DNA of 64,000 bases from Malacoraja senta (lineage: Eukaryota). The DNA lies in NCBI GenBank assembly GCA_038087875.1, contig JAXLNO010000065.1, forward strand, positions 62,001-126,000, in the 5' to 3' direction. Position numbers and translations under genes: made by a program. Shown here one piece after another: positions 61,206 through 64,000 of the stretch; position 1 is the first letter of the stretch, and the number at the start of each line of letters is the position of its first letter. The notes under the pieces are model-generated. The model ran no database searches. It was not told the DNA's origin and saw only the letters and a program-made list of their open reading frames with translations.

Positions 61206-62735
61206 TCTATATTACTAAAAGTCTGATCTTGACCACTTTCTGTTGTAGTGTATATTGATTTTAGAAAAAACGCTGCCTCTTACGGCTGTGATTTTTGGCC
61301 ACCTCACTCAGAGCCCCCCTCCGCTGCGCAGGACAAGAGGATTTTTCCCATCGATGAAAAATTAAAGAGTTATTAGTGTTTAAAAAATGTTGAGATTCTC
61401 TCTCCTGAAGGCCACGCCCCTTCCGGAGACTATAAAACCCGGAAGTGTTGAGTGCCTCAGTCAGTCTCTGTAAGATGGGGGAGCGAGAGGGTCATGTCTC
61501 TCAGTCTGAGCTGTGAATAACACTGAACACATGTCTACTAAACTGTGAGTGTGGTTTTACTGACCTTAATGTGGTTTGAAAATGAAAATGTGGTTGGTTT
61601 GAAAAAGCACAGCAAATGGTTGGTGGTGGTTGGTTTGAAATAAAGCACAGCAAATGGTTGGTGGTGGTTGGTTTGAAGTAAAGCACAGCAAATGGTTGGT
61701 GGTGGTTGGTTTGAAATAAAGCACATGAAATGGTTGGTGGTGGTTGGTTTGAAATAAAGCACAGCAAATGGTTGGTGGTGGTTGGTTTGAAATGGCAAAT
61801 GATTAAAAGTCTAAACTTGACAACTTCCTGTTTGCATTGTATATTGATTTTAGATAAAACGCTACCATTTACGGTTGATTTTTGGCCATCTTACTTAGTC
61901 CCTCTCTGCTCATCAGGTGTAGAGGATTCTTTCCATCAATGAAAAATAAAAGTGTTATTAGTGTTTAAAAAATGTTGAGAATCTCTTTCCTGTGGATCAT
62001 GCCATGAAGGCCACGCCCCTTCCGGTGGGAGGGGGAGGGATTATAAAACCCGGAAGTATGGCTGTGGCTCAGTCTCTGCAAGATGGGGGAGGGAGAGATC
62101 ACAACTGTCTGAGCTGTGAATCAACTGAACACACTGAATGTCTACTGAACTGTGTGTGGTGTTTATGTGATGTTTATATGATGTTTATGTGGTGTTTTGT
62201 GGTGTTTTGTGTGGTTTTATGGTGGTTTCACCCTGCTTGAAATGGTATGAAACTGCATTTGAATGTGGTGGCCTTGCACCCTGCATGAAAAGGTATGAAA
62301 CTAACTGCAATTGAATCTGGTGGCCTTGCACCCTACTTGAAGTGGCATGAAACTGCACTTGAATTTGGTGGCCTTGCACCCTGCTTGAAGTGGTATGAAA
62401 CTGCACTTGAAATTGGTGGCCTTGCACCCTGCTTGAAGTGGAATTTCAAGGAATAGCCCTGAGTCAAATGCCAGCCCACCAGCCGTGAGTGAGCTGCCAG
62501 CACATCAGGCTTGAGTGACTGAGCTGCCACCCCAAGAATCCATTTGGCCCATAATGTCCATACTAGCCCTCTGGAAACCAGTCCCTTAAGGCCACAACAG
62601 CCATACTAGCGCTCCAGAAAGCCCCCCCCCCTCCACTGGCCACCAATATTGGAATTGATGGAGAGGTGGAATATTGCGTTGGGGGACCAGCCCTCCCGTG
62701 TGAACATGGGACCCAATGGGTCCCACTTAGTCTAG
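61206..62735 (+). mobile_element. Non-autonomous Helitron, complete, inserted in a CR1 fragment
   Basis: A|TCTATATTACTAAAAG ... TGGGACCC-AAT-GGGTCCCA (62707-62725) ... CTAG|T; flanks rejoin as minus-strand CR1 RT sequence with no TSD; 38-bp array at 61590-61795 and 48-bp array at 62230-62440. Confidence 0.92.
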
Positions 62736-64000
62736 TGGACTATAAAATCTTCCCAACCACAGAAGTCAGACTAACTGGCCTACAATTTATTTTCCTTTGA
62801 CTCGCCCTGTTCTTAAACAGTGGAGACACGTTTGCAATTTTCTAGTCGTAGAGTCATAGAGTCTTAAAGCGTGGAAGCAGGCCCTTCAGCCCAACTAGCT
62901 CACACCGGCCAACATGTCCCGTCTAGATTAGTCCCACCTGCCTGCATTTGGCCCCTATCCTTCTAAACCTGTCCTAACCATGGACCTGTCTAAATGTTTC
63001 TTCAACGTTGCGATAGTACCTGCCTCTACTACCTCCTCTGGCAGCTTGTTCCATACACATACCATCCTTTGTGTGTTAAAGTTACCCCTCATATTCCTAT
63101 TAAATCTTTCCCCCTCACGTTAAACCTATGTCCTCTGGTGCTCTGGTTTCCTCCCACACTTGAAAGATGTACAGCTTTGTAGGTTAATTGGCTTTGGCAA
63201 AACATTTTAATGTCCCTAGTGTGTAGGATAGTTCTGATGTGCGGGGATTGCTGTTCGGCGGGGACTTAGTGGGCCGAAGGGCCTGTTTCCACGTTGTATC
63301 TCTAAACTGAACTAAAAACATACTCCTGAGAATTTGAGTCCAGCGTTGCAGATTCTTGTGAGAATCTTTGATGTAGACAGTGTCCAGGGATTAGGGGATG
63401 TCAGTGTGCATAGTGCAGTGTAACTGCACAGACAACTTTGCTGCACATTTTCAACCACCCTGGTCAGTCTGTAGGACACATGTCCAAGTGAATAGAACTG
63501 AGTCAACTCAAAACATGGCACATATCAATAACATCTGATCCGGAGCTTTCAGATATTTAGTTTAGTTTAGAGATACAGCATGGAACAAGGCCCATCGGTC
63601 CATCGAGTCCACACTGACTATTGAACAGGGGTGTCAGGGGTTATGAGGAGAAGGCAGGAGAATGGGGTTGAGTGGAAATTGGGCGGAGGTTTGCTCACCA
63701 ATGGTTTTCTGATGAGCTTCATGAAGAGACTGGGTGAAAACAGTCCTGATTCAGAGTCTTGACCTGACATCGCAACAATTCCTTTCCCAACACAAATGCT
63801 GCCCGACCTGCTGAAGTCGTCCAGCTTATTGTTAGCTGCTTTGAACTAAAACCATCGCCATCCACTCGCTTGACTTCACTGGCACTTGACTTCACGGGCA
63901 CTCAGGAAGGCGTCCACTGCACTATTTAAAAATAAAAGTTTCATATTTTCAGATTTATTTTACATATTTTACAAGATTATTAAACTCTCGGGGGAATCAA

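Overview
Eukaryotic, repeat-dense, apparently non-coding DNA from a cartilaginous fish (skate/ray-like, inferred from abundant V-domain tRNA SINEs of HE1 type and CR1/HER1-type LINEs). There is a 200-N scaffold gap at 5610-5809. No host protein-coding exon could be supported: every recognisable ORF is transposon-derived and disrupted. Contents: a truncated IR/DR Tc1 (DD34E); CR1, L2, Rex/Babar and Tx1 LINE fragments; a full-length but decayed CsRn1-type Gypsy LTR element (53414-57511); four copies of a non-autonomous Helitron family carrying minisatellites and promoter-like modules; Harbinger and hAT MITEs; an ~800-bp foldback element of unclear class; and a 580+165 bp local duplication. The most notable signal is a high-copy, short non-coding retroposon carrying a minimal hammerhead-ribozyme motif (CTGAAGA-hairpin-GAAAC-GTC). 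It inserts with 11-16 bp target-site duplications, often as a self-inverted hairpin, and looks like a non-autonomous Penelope-like/retrozyme family. Unique segments between the repeats are rich in homeodomain/POU/MEIS-like motifs, as in an intron or gene desert near a developmental gene. All alignments were done by eye, and family names need database confirmation.
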